Positions 46,672 through 58,562 are shown, numbered from the whole stretch's first letter. The stretch: DNA of 63,766 nucleotides, filler included, from Piptocephalis cylindrospora (GCA_003614145.1; 9 parts of 9 records of this genome joined end to end with filler, not necessarily neighbours in it), one strand, 5' to 3'. Notes: generated by a model not told the origin, from the letters alone. Numbers and translations are program-made.

Positions 46672-49416
46672 ATGTTGGACACCTCCGATCTTGAAGCCGG
46701 CTTTCTCGTCGAGTTTTCTCAACTTGCCTCAGAGTCCAAGTCTAGCTTGGGTCTACTCTCGTCCTTTCATCAGGCCGTACTCTCCTTGTATGTAGTGCTG
46801 CTAGCTTAAACTAAACTACCCCTTTTCTCACTACTCATCCGCTCCTTTCATACCGCGACAACAGTCAAGATAAAGTCCGTGGATCAGATGTCCCCAATCA
46901 GGCCGACCTCCTGGATCACCTGACCCTTGAGGCCCATACCTGGGATTTGTTTCATAGACTTGTCCAAGTACGGCTTGAACGGGAAAAGGCAGATACCTCC
47001 ACACCTCCCCCAGAATCAAAAAATTTTCACGAGGCCTTTTCCCGGCCTCACGGTGCGCTCCTTGAGGAGCACGTCCTGATGAAATGGCTGCACCAGACTG
47101 CCCCCCCCTATCAGTGCCCGAGTGACCAGGTCTCCGATGGATGGGAATATACGGAGCGTCGAGCCATGCAGGAAAGGCTTACTGGGGTCAATGATGGCGG
47201 GGTGATATCGGACCTAGATCCAGATGCACCATTCCGTCAGACCGGTCGTACTCTAGCCCCCCTAGATCTCCAGGCGGAAAGGGGCATCCATCGCACAACT
47301 TACGAATACCTTCGTCGGGGGTGGATGGACAAGCTTGGGGAATATCTCCGGGGCTGTGGTCAGGGGTGGAGGGTGGCTTCGATCCACGGGGGGAAGCTAA
47401 GGCAGGCTGGGCCAATGGTGGACCCAGCCGAACAGGTGAAGAGGAGAACAGTGTGGAGGTCCATGTGCTACCGGCTTGCAAAGGACGATCGTCCCGATGC
47501 TTATGAACGTGCTGCCTACTCCTTGCTTTCTGGGGATATCACAGGAAGCTTGCAGGTGTGCACCCGATGGGAGGACGTGGTTCACGCCTTTGTTAATGGT
47601 GTGCTGGAGTGCAAATATCAGGGACTTTTGGATCGTATGGCCAACCGAGAGGAGAATGAAGATGATCGAGAGAATCGTCTTCTTCTCCCGAGACACGGGG
47701 AGGACTGGGACTTGGGCATGGTCATTGATCGTGTCCAGTTATTGAATCAACCAGGAATCAGGTAGGTTCTTTATGTAGAGAGTAGGTGATCCTGAGGTTT
47801 CATTCATCCTTATTTCTTCTTCGTCGGCTCCAATAGACAAGAAGGGGAGCATCCATTGAGAAGGGCACAGGCTTCCATCATCGCTCGCCGCATGGATGGA
47901 TACTTACAAAAGCAAGCGAAGAGTACATTTGGATCATTAGGAGAAAAGGGTATGACCCGAAAGCAATGGTAAATCATATCGAGTGACATGGTAACGATAT
48001 TTAATGTGCACCACTTGGCTTACTCCCTGTCTCTCATTAGGGCCGAGGTACGCTTTCTTGTGCATTTTGGCATTGTCCTGCGAAGTCTCGGATCTTCCCT
48101 GTCCAATGCAGATTCACAAGAGTCGGATGGGGTGGATGAGATGGTCGAGGTGTACATTAGGTGCCTGAGGGAACGAGGGCTCTTTGAGCATCTGGCAACC
48201 TATTGCTCCCTCCTGACAGGTCAGAGGAGGGTGGAAGTATTTGCCCTGCAATTGGCCGGTAAGTTCTATCTGCAAGGGAGAAAGATACTTTCTCCCATGG
48301 TAAGGAACAAAATCACGTTTAATACTTACGTGGTTTTATCGGTTTGACGAACAGAAATGCGAGTGGATTCAGGGGTCAAGGAAAGATACGCTAGGCAAGG
48401 ACGCACACACGGTCTGGACATGCTTACCGTGGGGAAGTTGGCCGTTTCCGAAATCTACGATCAGACCAGATTCATGTTGGAGGAGATGCACGTTGGGGAC
48501 GGGTCCGATGGGGCGATGATGATGCGGAGACGGGGCAAGGTGACGGATGTGGAAATGAGATGTATTGACGGCCTCGACTGGCTATCTGGGCCGGTATGTG
48601 GACCTGATCCCGGGGTCAAGAAGGCATGGGTACGATGGACCAATGCTTTTTCCCGTCGCTTCCTACGTAGGTTACTTTTTTAGGTCACAGTGACAGACCG
48701 CCTCCCTCTTTTCTCACCTAACCTGATCTTCTCCCACTCCCCCTCCTCCATTAGTTTCCTCTAGGGTAGATGGTCTGATTGAACTTTTGAGAAGGACGAC
48801 ACCAGAGGATGAGGAGGTGGAGGAAACGTCAGACATGGACTCGGATGTGCTTGAATTAGGCATGTGGCGTCGCATTGCTTCCGTCTACGTTATTTATGGC
48901 CAATGGCAAGGACTGAGGCTTGGTGGTCCTCAGGCTGCCGATCAGGAGGGATGGAGGGGTGAATGGGTCAGAGTCTCTCAGCAGCTCGTGGGTCAAATGA
49001 TGCAGCTTCTTCAGGAAGGGTTAGGCACACCCTTCCCTCCATTGGAGAATGGTGAGCTGAGTTGGGCTGGGCTGGGCTGGGCTGGGCTGGGCTGGCAAGA
49101 AGGATGGCTGTGTTTCCCTAGGATACCCCTAAACTCACCCATCTCCCCCCTCTCCGTACCAGATCCCTGCAAGAAAGAAAAGGTTGAAATTCGGGAATTG
49201 TACGTCCCGAGGATCGCGTCAATGTGCCATGAGTGCCTAATGGGATCGGTCCGGGAGCTACCTGAGAACTTAGATCGGTGCTTTGACCTGGCCTCGTTGG
49301 TGGCTGACGGATCTCTAGGCCTTTGGAGGGACTTTGTGTCCACTGGGCAGCTCGAGGAGTTTCTTGGGAGGATGCGGCTGACAGAAGAGGAGCGGCTTAA
49401 GCAATTGAAAGTCTAG
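46672..49416 (+). CDS. NUP84: Nucleoporin Nup107/Nup84 (multi-exon)
   Basis: LEAHTWDL, DLDPDAPFRQ, YEYLRRG...GQGWRVASIHGG, RTVWRSMC, YERAAYSLLSGD, CTRWED, RFLVHF, ELYVP. Confidence 0.9.
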
Positions 49417-49656
49417 CGGACGCTTAACCAGGTTACCTGGAGAAGGATGAATATAGTTTCAGTTCATTGACTTTGGGCGCCTCTGAGCAATGCGTGCGCA
49501 GGAGAAGGTACAGGTTCGTTGCATACGACTAACATGCTTATGTCTTTCGGAAGGATGAAAACCCTGATTTGTTGTTGCACACACCCCCTACTAACCATAA
49601 CATTGGATAGTATAGATAACTAATGAGTATATTTCCATTACGTCTTGTTACTGTAC

Positions 49657-49756
49657 NNNNNNNNNNNNNNNNNNNNNNNNNNNNNNNNNNNNNNNNNNNN
49701 TTAATTAATTAANNNNNNNNNNNNNNNNNNNNNNNNNNNNNNNNNNNNNNNNNNNN
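49657..49756. other. Artificial contig linker
   Basis: N44-TTAATTAATTAA-N44. Confidence 0.99.
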
Positions 49757-50538
49757 GGGGTAGCGAGAGGAAGAATAGGAGGGGGAGTAGAAGAGAGGGG
49801 GTGTGACGAGAAAGGCGATGGCAACAGCAAGCAGGGTGAAAAGGAGACGAGGGGAGGAGGGAAGGGGGATGGGCATTGTATGTCTGTTTCTTTAAACTTT
49901 ACCTTTTGGCCTTTTCCATCCTTTATAGGGCTGAAAAGGAGGGCACGACTGGAGAGTGAGGAGGGAAGGGAAGGGAGGGGACACCGTCAAGGGGTAGAAA
50001 GTGATGATGAGAAAGATGTCACTGTATTTCCCAGGTACATCGGCTCGATGTTCCAGGGGAAATGAAGGAGGAGTGAATAGAGACAGTGGTCACTATGGCA
50101 TACACACATGGACACACGTCGATGGTGTAAGACTTGTCTCCCTTGTGCGTCATGACAACAACAGCAACGGCAGCATAATGCGCCTTTCTAGGCTAGGCTA
50201 GCATCGCGCCTCCATATCCAGGATACACTCTGATCCTATGATGAATACTGCACTAGCGGTGTGATGCGGGAAATGTGCAAGACTGGATCAAACTCCGCAC
50301 TTTTGTATTTTTTTTAACGAAATCCCGTTTATTATTTAAAAACGGTCGACTTGTATCACGTTCAAATTTTCAAAGATTCACCTGGACACTTCCTGGGTGT
50401 GTCTTGATGGATGGATCCGATTGGTTAGGATGGGGCAAGGGACCCCTTTCTAGCCTGGCATTATGGGGAACAGCATAGCGGGGTAAGGAGGGCTTATCCA
50501 GCCAGACAGGAATCATGACGGATGTAGGTCACACACAC

Positions 50539-50540
50539 TG

Positions 50541-50545
<5 letters not shown>
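50539..50545 (+). promoter_or_regulatory. Candidate Gcn4/CpcA response element upstream of ARG1
   Basis: TGACTCT (consensus TGACTCA) ~450 nt upstream of an arginine biosynthesis gene, a known cross-pathway control target class. Confidence 0.35.
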
Positions 50546-50576
<31 letters not shown>

Positions 50577-50582
50577 TGTGTG
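50545..50582. repeat. (TG)n microsatellite with one GGG interruption
   Basis: Read directly from the sequence. Confidence 0.9.
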
Positions 50583-50792
50583 AAGTAGTTGACAGTGTAG
50601 TGGAAAAAAAAAAGTGGCCGAAATCTCTCTCAGCCAGCTCCATCCCTAGACAAGCGTGGGGCTTCATTCCCTGACCACCATTACCCCGCTACTCTACTCC
50701 ATCTTTCTGTCTGTATGTGTTGTTGAAGCTGGTTTCTGACTGGGCTTACTAGACAGTGTGGACCTACATCAGCCCTCCTCTCGTCATACTAC

Positions 50793-50829
50793 CACACCCA
50801 CACACCCACACACACCCACACACACACAC
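50793..50829. repeat. (CA)n / CACACCCA repeat
   Basis: Read directly; complementary to the upstream TG tract. Confidence 0.85.
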
Positions 50830-50986
50830 GAGAACCTCTTCACTAAAGGTCACCCGGGTTTTAAAAAGGAACGCGTCCCTCCTACTTCACCCGCCCCTTT
50901 CCCCGCTCCCTTTCTTTCCTCATCCCTCTCTTGTTTTCGTCACTCCAACCCTGCTTGACACCCTCTCCCCCATACCTTGTTTAAAC

Positions 50987-52246
50987 ATGTCCGCTACTCC
51001 TGCTTCCAAGGGAAAGGTTCTCCTTGCCTACTCTGGTGGTCTCGACACCTCCTGCATCCTCGTGTGGCTCAAGGACCAGGGCTACGAGGTCCTTTGCTAC
51101 ATGGCCGATGTCGGTCAGGAGGAGGACTTTGAGGCTGCTCGCGAAAAGGCTCTGAAAATTGGTGCCACCAAGGTCTTTATCGAGGACCTTCGTCGCGAGT
51201 TCGTCGACGAACTCATCTACCCCGCTGTCCAGGCCAACTGCATCTACGAGGGTGTCTACCTCCTCGGTACCTCCCTGGCCCGCCCCGTCATTGCCCGTCG
51301 CCAGATTGATATCGCCCGTCAGGAGGGCTGCGCCTACGTCTCCCATGGATGCACCGGTAAGGGAAACGACCAGGTCCGCTTTGAGCTGGCCTTCTACGCC
51401 CTTCAGCCCGACATCAAGGTCATTGCCCCCTGGAGGGTCCGGGAGTTCTACGACCGCTTCCAGGGTCGTGCTGATCTCCTGGCTTACGCCTCTGAGAAGG
51501 GCATCCCCGTGGTTCAGACTACCTCCAAGCCCTGGTCCACCGACGAGAACCTCTTCCACATCTCCTACGAGGCCGGTATCCTTGAGGATCCTGATGTCAC
51601 CCCTCCCGTCGACATGTGGAAGCTCACCGTCGCCGCCGAGGATGCCCCCAACACCCCCGAGCGCATCACCATTGCCTTCGAGAAGGGTATCCCCGTCAAG
51701 GTCACCAACAAGGACGATGGCTCCGTTGTCACCGGTTCCCTCGAGATCTTCATGTACCTCAACACCCTAGCCCGTAAGCACGGTATTGGCCGTGTCGACA
51801 TTGTCGAAAACCGCTTCATCGGCATCAAGTCCCGTGGCTGCTACGAGACCCCCGGTGGCACCATCCTTCGCGTTGCTCACATGGACCTCGAGGGTCTTAC
51901 CGTCGACCGGGAGGTCCGTGCTCACCGTGATCAGCACCTCACCCCCGCTTTCTCCAACATCCTCTACAATGGCCTTTACTACTCCCCCGAGCGCTCCTTT
52001 GTCACCTCTTCCATCACCTCCTCCCAGGTCACCGTCAATGGCGAGGTCCGTCTCAAGCTCTACAAGGCTCACGTTTCCGTCGAGGGCCGGTCCAGCGCGA
52101 CCGAGCAGCTCTACGACATGGAGGAGTCCTCCATGGATGTCCAGGGTGGTCTCAGCCCCCAGGACAGCGAGGGCTTCATCAAGGTCCAGGCCATCCGTAT
52201 CAAGAAGTGGGGTGAGAGTGTCATCCGTAACGGTGGCAAGTTTTAA
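50987..52246 (+). CDS. ARG1: Argininosuccinate synthase, intronless
   Basis: KVLLAYSGGLDTS, YLLGTSLARP, SHGCTGKGNDQVRFE, WSTDENLFHISYEAG, DIVENRFIGIKSRGCYETP; strong C-ending codon bias. Confidence 0.98.
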   Translation: MSATPASKGKVLLAYSGGLDTSCILVWLKDQGYEVLCYMADVGQEEDFEAAREKALKIGATKVFIEDLRREFVDELIYPAVQANCIYEGVYLLGTSLARPVIARRQIDIARQEGCAYVSHGCTGKGNDQVRFELAFYALQPDIKVIAPWRVREFYDRFQGRADLLAYASEKGIPVVQTTSKPWSTDENLFHISYEAGILEDPDVTPPVDMWKLTVAAEDAPNTPERITIAFEKGIPVKVTNKDDGSVVTGSLEIFMYLNTLARKHGIGRVDIVENRFIGIKSRGCYETPGGTILRVAHMDLEGLTVDREVRAHRDQHLTPAFSNILYNGLYYSPERSFVTSSITSSQVTVNGEVRLKLYKAHVSVEGRSSATEQLYDMEESSMDVQGGLSPQDSEGFIKVQAIRIKKWGESVIRNGGKF

Positions 52247-52424
52247 ATCGTGATGTTATTTGCATCATGAGGCGTGAGATTCCATAAAATTGAGAATACA
52301 TAGGTGATATGGCATCTTATGACGAGACTGGGTCGGTTTCCGCACTGTGATGAATGTTTACCATACCACGCATACACATTGGATAGAGACAAAGAGGTGA
52401 AAACAACAAGGGAGAGCCATCTAA

Positions 52425-53516
52425 TCAAGAGGTATCAACAGGAGGAAATGGATCCAGGTGATGTGAGGAAACGGATAAGGAAGAATCATGATAGGGGTAA
52501 ATGATACTCTCATCGGTATCATCACTGTATGCTCTAGCAATCCAAGAATCCGTGGATTCGAGGGAGGAGGAAGGGCGATCCTTTCTGATGGGCTCCAGTG
52601 TCGTGGGGGATGAGCCCATATCCAATGCCTTTGAGGACGAAGTGGACACTCGGTCCGTTTCATCGAAGATTGAAGAGCCCAACTCGCAAGAGCCCAGATC
52701 AGATGATCCCAGATCAGAAGGCCCCAGATCAGAAGGCCCCAGATCGGGAAAAGGAATGGATGGGGTGAGGTCGGGAAAGGGCTCGAGTGCTGTGTCCTTT
52801 TGACAGTCAAGATCAATCCCCTTTCTCGAGGGTGGATGGGGCTTGGGGGTGGACGAGGAGGATCGGCATGAAACGGCGACAGCAGAGGATTGGGCCAGGG
52901 ATATGGGAGGAGGATGATAGGAAGATGTATGAGAAAGGGTAATGGAGGCGTGAGGGGTTAGACCTATGGGGCTGCCTCTTCCCTTCATGGGATCATTCTT
53001 CCCTCCTTTGGCGCGGGATGGGAGGAGAAAGCGCTGGAGGTGGGCGCGGAAAAGGATGGTTAAGACGGGAAGGAGGATGCAGAGGAAGATGACGAGGAGA
53101 AACATGGTAAACACTTGACATGGAATCGAACAGGTTCCCGATGTCGATACCACACCCGTGTACAATGATGCTAAATCTCTTCCTAGTGTCTCTCTGGCCA
53201 GAGCATCCCTAACCATGGCATCTCTTGCCGAGTACTGTGTTCCTGGGGTAGCGAGAGGGGTGGATGGGGTCTGGGATGTTGAGGGTGTTTTGGCAGAAGC
53301 TACCGTGCTACTATTGCTATTGGCTCTGGAGGCCTGGGGAGGTGAGAGTTGAGAGGGCGATGAAGGTGGAGAGGGTGAAGACGTTGAGGAAGAGGACGGG
53401 GGTTGGGAAGGAGAGGTGGGCTGGGGTTGGCCAGGCGGTGAAGCCTGGCCAGCGGATGGAAGAGTCGGGGTTGGAGCAGTCTGCGGCACGGCAGAGAGGG
53501 ATGGCAAGGAGGTCAT
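52425..53516 (-). CDS. Ser/Pro/Thr-rich single-pass membrane protein, 363 aa
   Basis: Low-complexity N-terminus, CSIPCQ followed by the TM segment VFTMFLLVIFLCILLPVLTILF, and a tail with DLGPS/DLGSS 15-nt repeats (~52683-52748). Confidence 0.7.
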   Translation of the reverse strand: MTSLPSLSAVPQTAPTPTLPSAGQASPPGQPQPTSPSQPPSSSSTSSPSPPSSPSQLSPPQASRANSNSSTVASAKTPSTSQTPSTPLATPGTQYSARDAMVRDALARETLGRDLASLYTGVVSTSGTCSIPCQVFTMFLLVIFLCILLPVLTILFRAHLQRFLLPSRAKGGKNDPMKGRGSPIGLTPHASITLSHTSSYHPPPISLAQSSAVAVSCRSSSSTPKPHPPSRKGIDLDCQKDTALEPFPDLTPSIPFPDLGPSDLGPSDLGSSDLGSCELGSSIFDETDRVSTSSSKALDMGSSPTTLEPIRKDRPSSSLESTDSWIARAYSDDTDESIIYPYHDSSLSVSSHHLDPFPPVDTS

Positions 53517-54727
53517 GGTCGAGGCATCAGGGGGAATGGAGGGAAATCGGGAAGATTCTAGGAGAGGCGTTGGGGAGAAATGAAGAAGGATGTGGTGGAG
53601 GGAAGAAGGATGTGAAGGAGTGGAAGGTCACCCGGAGCTGTAGTGATGTGCTGTCCTTTGCCAAGCGCGGGGTTTGAAATAGATCAATTGTGTCGGACTA
53701 TGGGTACCGAGGAGAGCGCAAGACCTTAAGGTCAGATGTAAATCCAGAGGCGGATGACGATAAGACCATCAGATCATCAAAAGCATAGAGTATGCGGTGC
53801 AAAGTAAAGTAAAGTAAAGGCATGTACGGGCTTGACAAGAACCATAAAATCTCAACAAATACACAGTGCTAATATTGACCTTTCTTAAAGTCCTGCTATA
53901 CATTTACAACCTGTTGTACCATTGATTCGTGCAGAAGAGCGCGATCAATCTATATCGACCTAGAGTAAAATGTATAAGACAGGATATTATGAATTTACTA
54001 TCGCATTCCTCAACTAGCCCTTACGTGTGTAGAATACTTTCCATCGATCAACCCCATCAATTTAGTCTGGGAACCCGGAGGGGACGACATATCGTATTCG
54101 AAAAAATTGGAATATGGAATAGAAAACCAGTAGAGGAAAGTAGATGGATTTTAATCTACTACGAATGAAGACTACGTCAAGGTTTCATCTACGAATCCTA
54201 CATCATTTATTTTTGATTATTTCAAAATAGGCACGATGTTTTCATGTCCTCTGAAAGCTCGATATTAGATATTTAAAATAACCTAGTCATCACAATATTT
54301 ATCTTATCCTTTTTAACATATCAAGGCACACACTATGTTTGGATGCCCATCTGCCTACCCCACTGGGGAAAATAAAATGGTTTTATCGTCATAAGATACC
54401 AAGACACTTAACCTTCTTCAATGAGCGTGTAAACATGTACTGTGCTGAAATGCTCATTCGCTTAGCGTACTCGGGGATAATACGTGGATAGCCTCCCCAT
54501 TCAGTAAGGCGTCTCTCGCCCAAGAGCACTCGAGTCGTTTAAAAGTACACCCCAGTACCGAGCATGGGAAAACCTGGGGTCCCAGGCTAAACCCCGCACT
54601 ACCTATTCACACACGCCAACTGACACTTGGCCTGACGGACACAGCGACGCGTCAATCCTCCATTGCGTCTGGAACGTCATTCTTCATCCCACTCGCGTCT
54701 TGTCAGCCCATCCAGTCTCCCCACACG

Positions 54728-54735
54728 TATAAATA
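54728..54735 (+). promoter_or_regulatory. Putative TATA box of the aminopeptidase gene
   Basis: TATAAATA ~110 nt upstream of ATG 54839. Confidence 0.55.
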
Positions 54736-54838
54736 GACCTCTCCTGGCGACCACCTCATCATTCTGCATACTCTGCACCCTCCCACTCCTCCCCTCCTCT
54801 CCCTTCCCCTTCCAGATCATCTCCCCTTTGACTGGCGT

Positions 54839-56227
54839 ATGCCAAAATCCCAAATATTCCCTCAAAACACAGCTTCCGGCCTCCTCCTCACCTGTCTGAT
54901 CCTCCTGGCTGCCTACTTTTACCCTCTTATCGTCCCCAACTCCCCCCACCTTGCCCCCATGGCCCCTCCTGCCCCCACCACAACCGCGGATAGGACCGTC
55001 CTCCCCACCGAGGTCCACCCCACGCACTATGACCTTACTCTTACCCCGGACTTGAAGGCCTTTACCTTCACCGGGTATGAGGAGATCCAGCTAGTCGTCG
55101 ACCGTGAGGTCCGTAAGATCGTCCTAAATGCCGATGAGATTGAAATCCAAAAGGCCAAGCTCATTCGTCTGGTCGGCAAGACCGAGGAGACCTGGGATAT
55201 TACTGACATTGATTACGATAAGCCCAAGCAGCAAGTCACTCTCCTGCTCCCCGACACCCTTCATCCCGGAGCTGATGCCAAGCCCAAGCTTCAGATCCAC
55301 TTCACTGGTATCCTCAATGACAAGATGTCCGGCTTCTATCGCTCCTCCTATGATGATGCTAAGACTGGGGAGAAGGAGTGGATGGCCGTTACCCAATTCG
55401 AGGCCGCCGATGCCCGTAAGGCCTTCCCCTGCTGGGATGAGCCCTCTATCAAGGCCACCTTTGATATTACCCTCCGTGTCCCCTCTCGCCTCACCGCCCT
55501 TTCCAACATGGATGTCCGAGAGGAGCGAGATGAGGAGGGAGGAAAGCTTAAGGCTGTTCGCTTCAACACCTCCCCCATCATGTCCACTTATCTAGTCGCC
55601 TTTACCGTCGGTGACCTCGAATTCATCGAGGCCTCCACCTCCGGGGAACACAATGAGGGTAAGCCCGTCCGGTGCAGGATCTACACCCCTCCAGGCCTCT
55701 CCTCCCAGGGAGCCTACGCCCTCTCCGTCACCACTCGAGTCTTGGAGTACTTTGCTCAGATTTTCGGCACTCCTTATCCCCTCCCCAAGATGGATATGCT
55801 CGCCGTCCCGGACTTTGAGGCCGGAGCCATGGAGAACTGGGGTCTTGTCACCTACCGTACCGTCCTTCTCCTCTGGGAGGAGGGAAAGGCCAGTGGAGGT
55901 GCCCAACAGAGGATTGCCTCGGTCGTCGCCCATGAACTGGCTCACCAGTGGTTCGGGAACCTTGTCACCATGGAATGGTGGTCCCATCTCTGGCTCAATG
56001 AGGGCTTTGCTACCTGGGTCGGGGAACTTGCTTGTGATCACATCCACCCCGAATGGGATGTCTGGACCAGATTTGTCGTCGATGATGTCCAGCGTGGTCT
56101 CCACCTCGACTCTCTCCGGTCTTCCCACCCTATCGAGGTCGAGGTTCGGGATGCCGCTGAAATTGGTCAGATCTTTGATGCCATCTCCTACTCCAAGGGA
56201 GGCTCCGTCATTCGTATGCTCTCCTCC
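54839..56227 (+). CDS. APE2: M1 family aminopeptidase (Ape2/puromycin-sensitive type), N-terminal and catalytic domains; interrupted by an inversion junction
   Basis: TQFEAADARKAFPCWDEP, TSPIMSTYL, AGAMENWGL, VAHELAHQWFGNLVTMEWWSHLWLNEGFA (HExxH-x18-E), FDAISYSKGGSVIRML. Confidence 0.93.
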
Positions 56228-56721
56228 CTCCCGGTAGGTGATGACTGTACGGAAGACAGCTCCACGGAGATCAGGGTGGATTGCTGACTCATCCTTGTTC
56301 TCGACAAAAAGCTTGAAACGACGCTTGGCCTCCTTGACCACACTGATAGAGTGGAGGAATGAAGGAGTGAGGTGGGTACGTCTCTTCCCAAGACCATAAA
56401 GCCTCACAGCAACAAACTTACCTCTCAACTCCGGCTTGACCAGCTCGACTAATGGCAAGGGAACGAAGTTGGCAGGTGAGCATATCCTCGGACTCGGGAA
56501 CTTCCCAGCCAAGGCGTTCGACGACGGGCGTAAAGAGCTTGGCTTGAAGACGCTTCAGGGAGCTCTCTACCTCGGTGTTCTGACCATGCCAGAGGGACCG
56601 GACGTGACCAAGTTGACTAGCCACCTCGGCCCAGACGATGAATTCTTTCTCATTCTGGTAGTGACCGAGGAGTTCGAGGAGAGCCGAGGTCTCGGACACT
56701 CCAGCACTGGCCAAGCTCCCA
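56219..56721 (-). CDS. Inverted fragment of the same aminopeptidase (ERAP1-like C-terminal domain), with one intron
   Basis: ASAGVSETSALLELLGHYQNEKEFIVW...LGWE...LRSLAI / VVKEAKRRF...AIHPDLRGAVF is the Ape2-type C-terminal domain on the opposite strand. Confidence 0.85.
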
Positions 56722-56821
56722 NNNNNNNNNNNNNNNNNNNNNNNNNNNNNNNNNNNNNNNNNNNNTTAATTAATTAANNNNNNNNNNNNNNNNNNNNNNN
56801 NNNNNNNNNNNNNNNNNNNNN
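56722..56821. other. Artificial contig linker
   Basis: N44-TTAATTAATTAA-N44. Confidence 0.99.
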
Positions 56822-57221
56822 AGGAGACGTTGCGGGCCTCCCCGCCGTGGATCCATACAGTGTCACCTATGAGGACGGCGGACATACCCCTCCACAGACC
56901 CGGGGGAAGACGAGGGGAGGGGGACCAGGTGAGAGGGGGTGGGCCTGAGAGGGCCAGGGAGGTCATGGTTGTTTTATTCCCTGTGAGATCACCACCCAGG
57001 GTGTAGAGTCGATCCTTCCAGGCCCAAGCGGCATGTTGAGCACGCGGAGGAGAATTGGGGGCGGGAACGGGCTGGATAGCGGCATCCTGACTGAGGGATT
57101 GGATGGAGGGAAGAGGGGGGGGGGGATAAAATTCGAATAACCGGTAGCCGTGTAATTGACACAAAGAGAAAGTACTGGAAGAATACACGGGGGAAGGGCA
57201 AAGGAAAAAAGGAAGAGGCAT
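56822..57221 (-). CDS. Kelch-repeat protein, N-terminal fragment (start uncertain, 3'-truncated)
   Basis: PPRAQHAAWAWKDRLYTLGG...W...GMSAVLIGDTVWIHGG corresponds to two kelch blades. Confidence 0.7.
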
Positions 57222-58562
57222 TTTTAAACAGGATAGGATACAGAGCCCTCTCTTTTTTATGCTCATGAGAGTAGTTGGGGATGGCCTATCCCCATCCTTC
57301 ACCGTCATCAGGTGCTCGATGTATCGGAGGACAACTTCTTGGTTTCCCTCATCAAACTAGCGATTTCCATCCCCTATGTCAAGGATTTAGGGCATCATCC
57401 CCAAAGAGGAGGTCGAGGAAGCGCTGTTAACGAAGAAAAAGTGGCCACTCCTCTTCCGTCCCATATACAGTTCCCATCCAACCCTGGGTATGTTTGTATA
57501 CAGCTCCAAGGAGCGTTCGAGGGGTGAGCGGTGGTACTAATGGTACCAGTGTGGATGATGGTAACCAAAAACCTACCGGGCTCCACTAATGCTTATGTGC
57601 ACATGCGGATGAGGGTGACTGTCAACGAGGGGGAGTCGGGGGAATGGTATGGCTATGAGTGTTATGTCAGGGGAGATGACAAGGACTGTATGGCGGAGAT
57701 CCTCCTAGTATTCTTCCCTTTCATCTGGGATTACATTCCCCTTTCCGCCTACTTAACTTTTGGTCAGGATGCAAATGGTCAATGAGCATCAGAATAATGT
57801 CATGATGTCATGATGCATATCAGCAGGCCAGTGCACCCTGACCTTCTACCCAGCCCATTTCAACATTTCTAACGCCGCCACCCCCATATAGAAAACCCTA
57901 TTGCAACTCCGACCAGGGGAATTGAACAGAGGGATCGGGCAACGTGACTGTCGAGATGCCGAATAGAAGAGACAACGAAGATTCCATCTAGGGACTCCCT
58001 TTATTTCTCTCTCAAGAGGCCCAATGAGCCACATTGTGTCGCACCCTCGTCTTATGTAAGTAGGACAAAGCATCAGTACGTAAGAGGAATCCTGTCAGGC
58101 TGTTCCTCAATCTTAGTAACAGAGTGCTCTACCACTTGAGTCTACTCTCCTGTATCGACATTACAGGGGAGGGACGAAAGAAGCGGGATGTAAGGGATGG
58201 AGATAAAGAAATGGGTGAGGCCGAGGAACAAGGGTCACATGGAGACCAAGTGAGGATAGGGATCGGAAGATATAACCCCACTCCCACAGCGACACAGGGG
58301 TGAGGGAGGTAAACAAGGAAAACATACAATATTTCAAGGTCCGAGATGGTCCGAGCTTTGGATGAGGATGATCCGAAAGGTAACAAAAAGGAGCATCTGC
58401 ATCCGGTGATCTAATGTTTTTTCATATCACTTCTAACTTTCCTCCCTCTACGTTTCGGCCTATCTCACCTCCCTCTTCCTCCCTCGCCTCCTCCCAGCTA
58501 TCATACTGATTAGAAACACCTCCTTCTACACACATATCTACCCCATACCTTGGAGACGTAGA

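Noticed and set aside
50756..50986. N-terminal extension of ARG1 in the ORF track
   Set aside because: GTG start running through a CA repeat and CT-rich leader; the conserved protein begins at ATG 50987.
55592..56512. 306-aa minus-strand ORF as a separate gene
   Set aside because: Only ~40 codons are real (the inverted aminopeptidase exon); the rest is antisense read-through across the chimeric junction.
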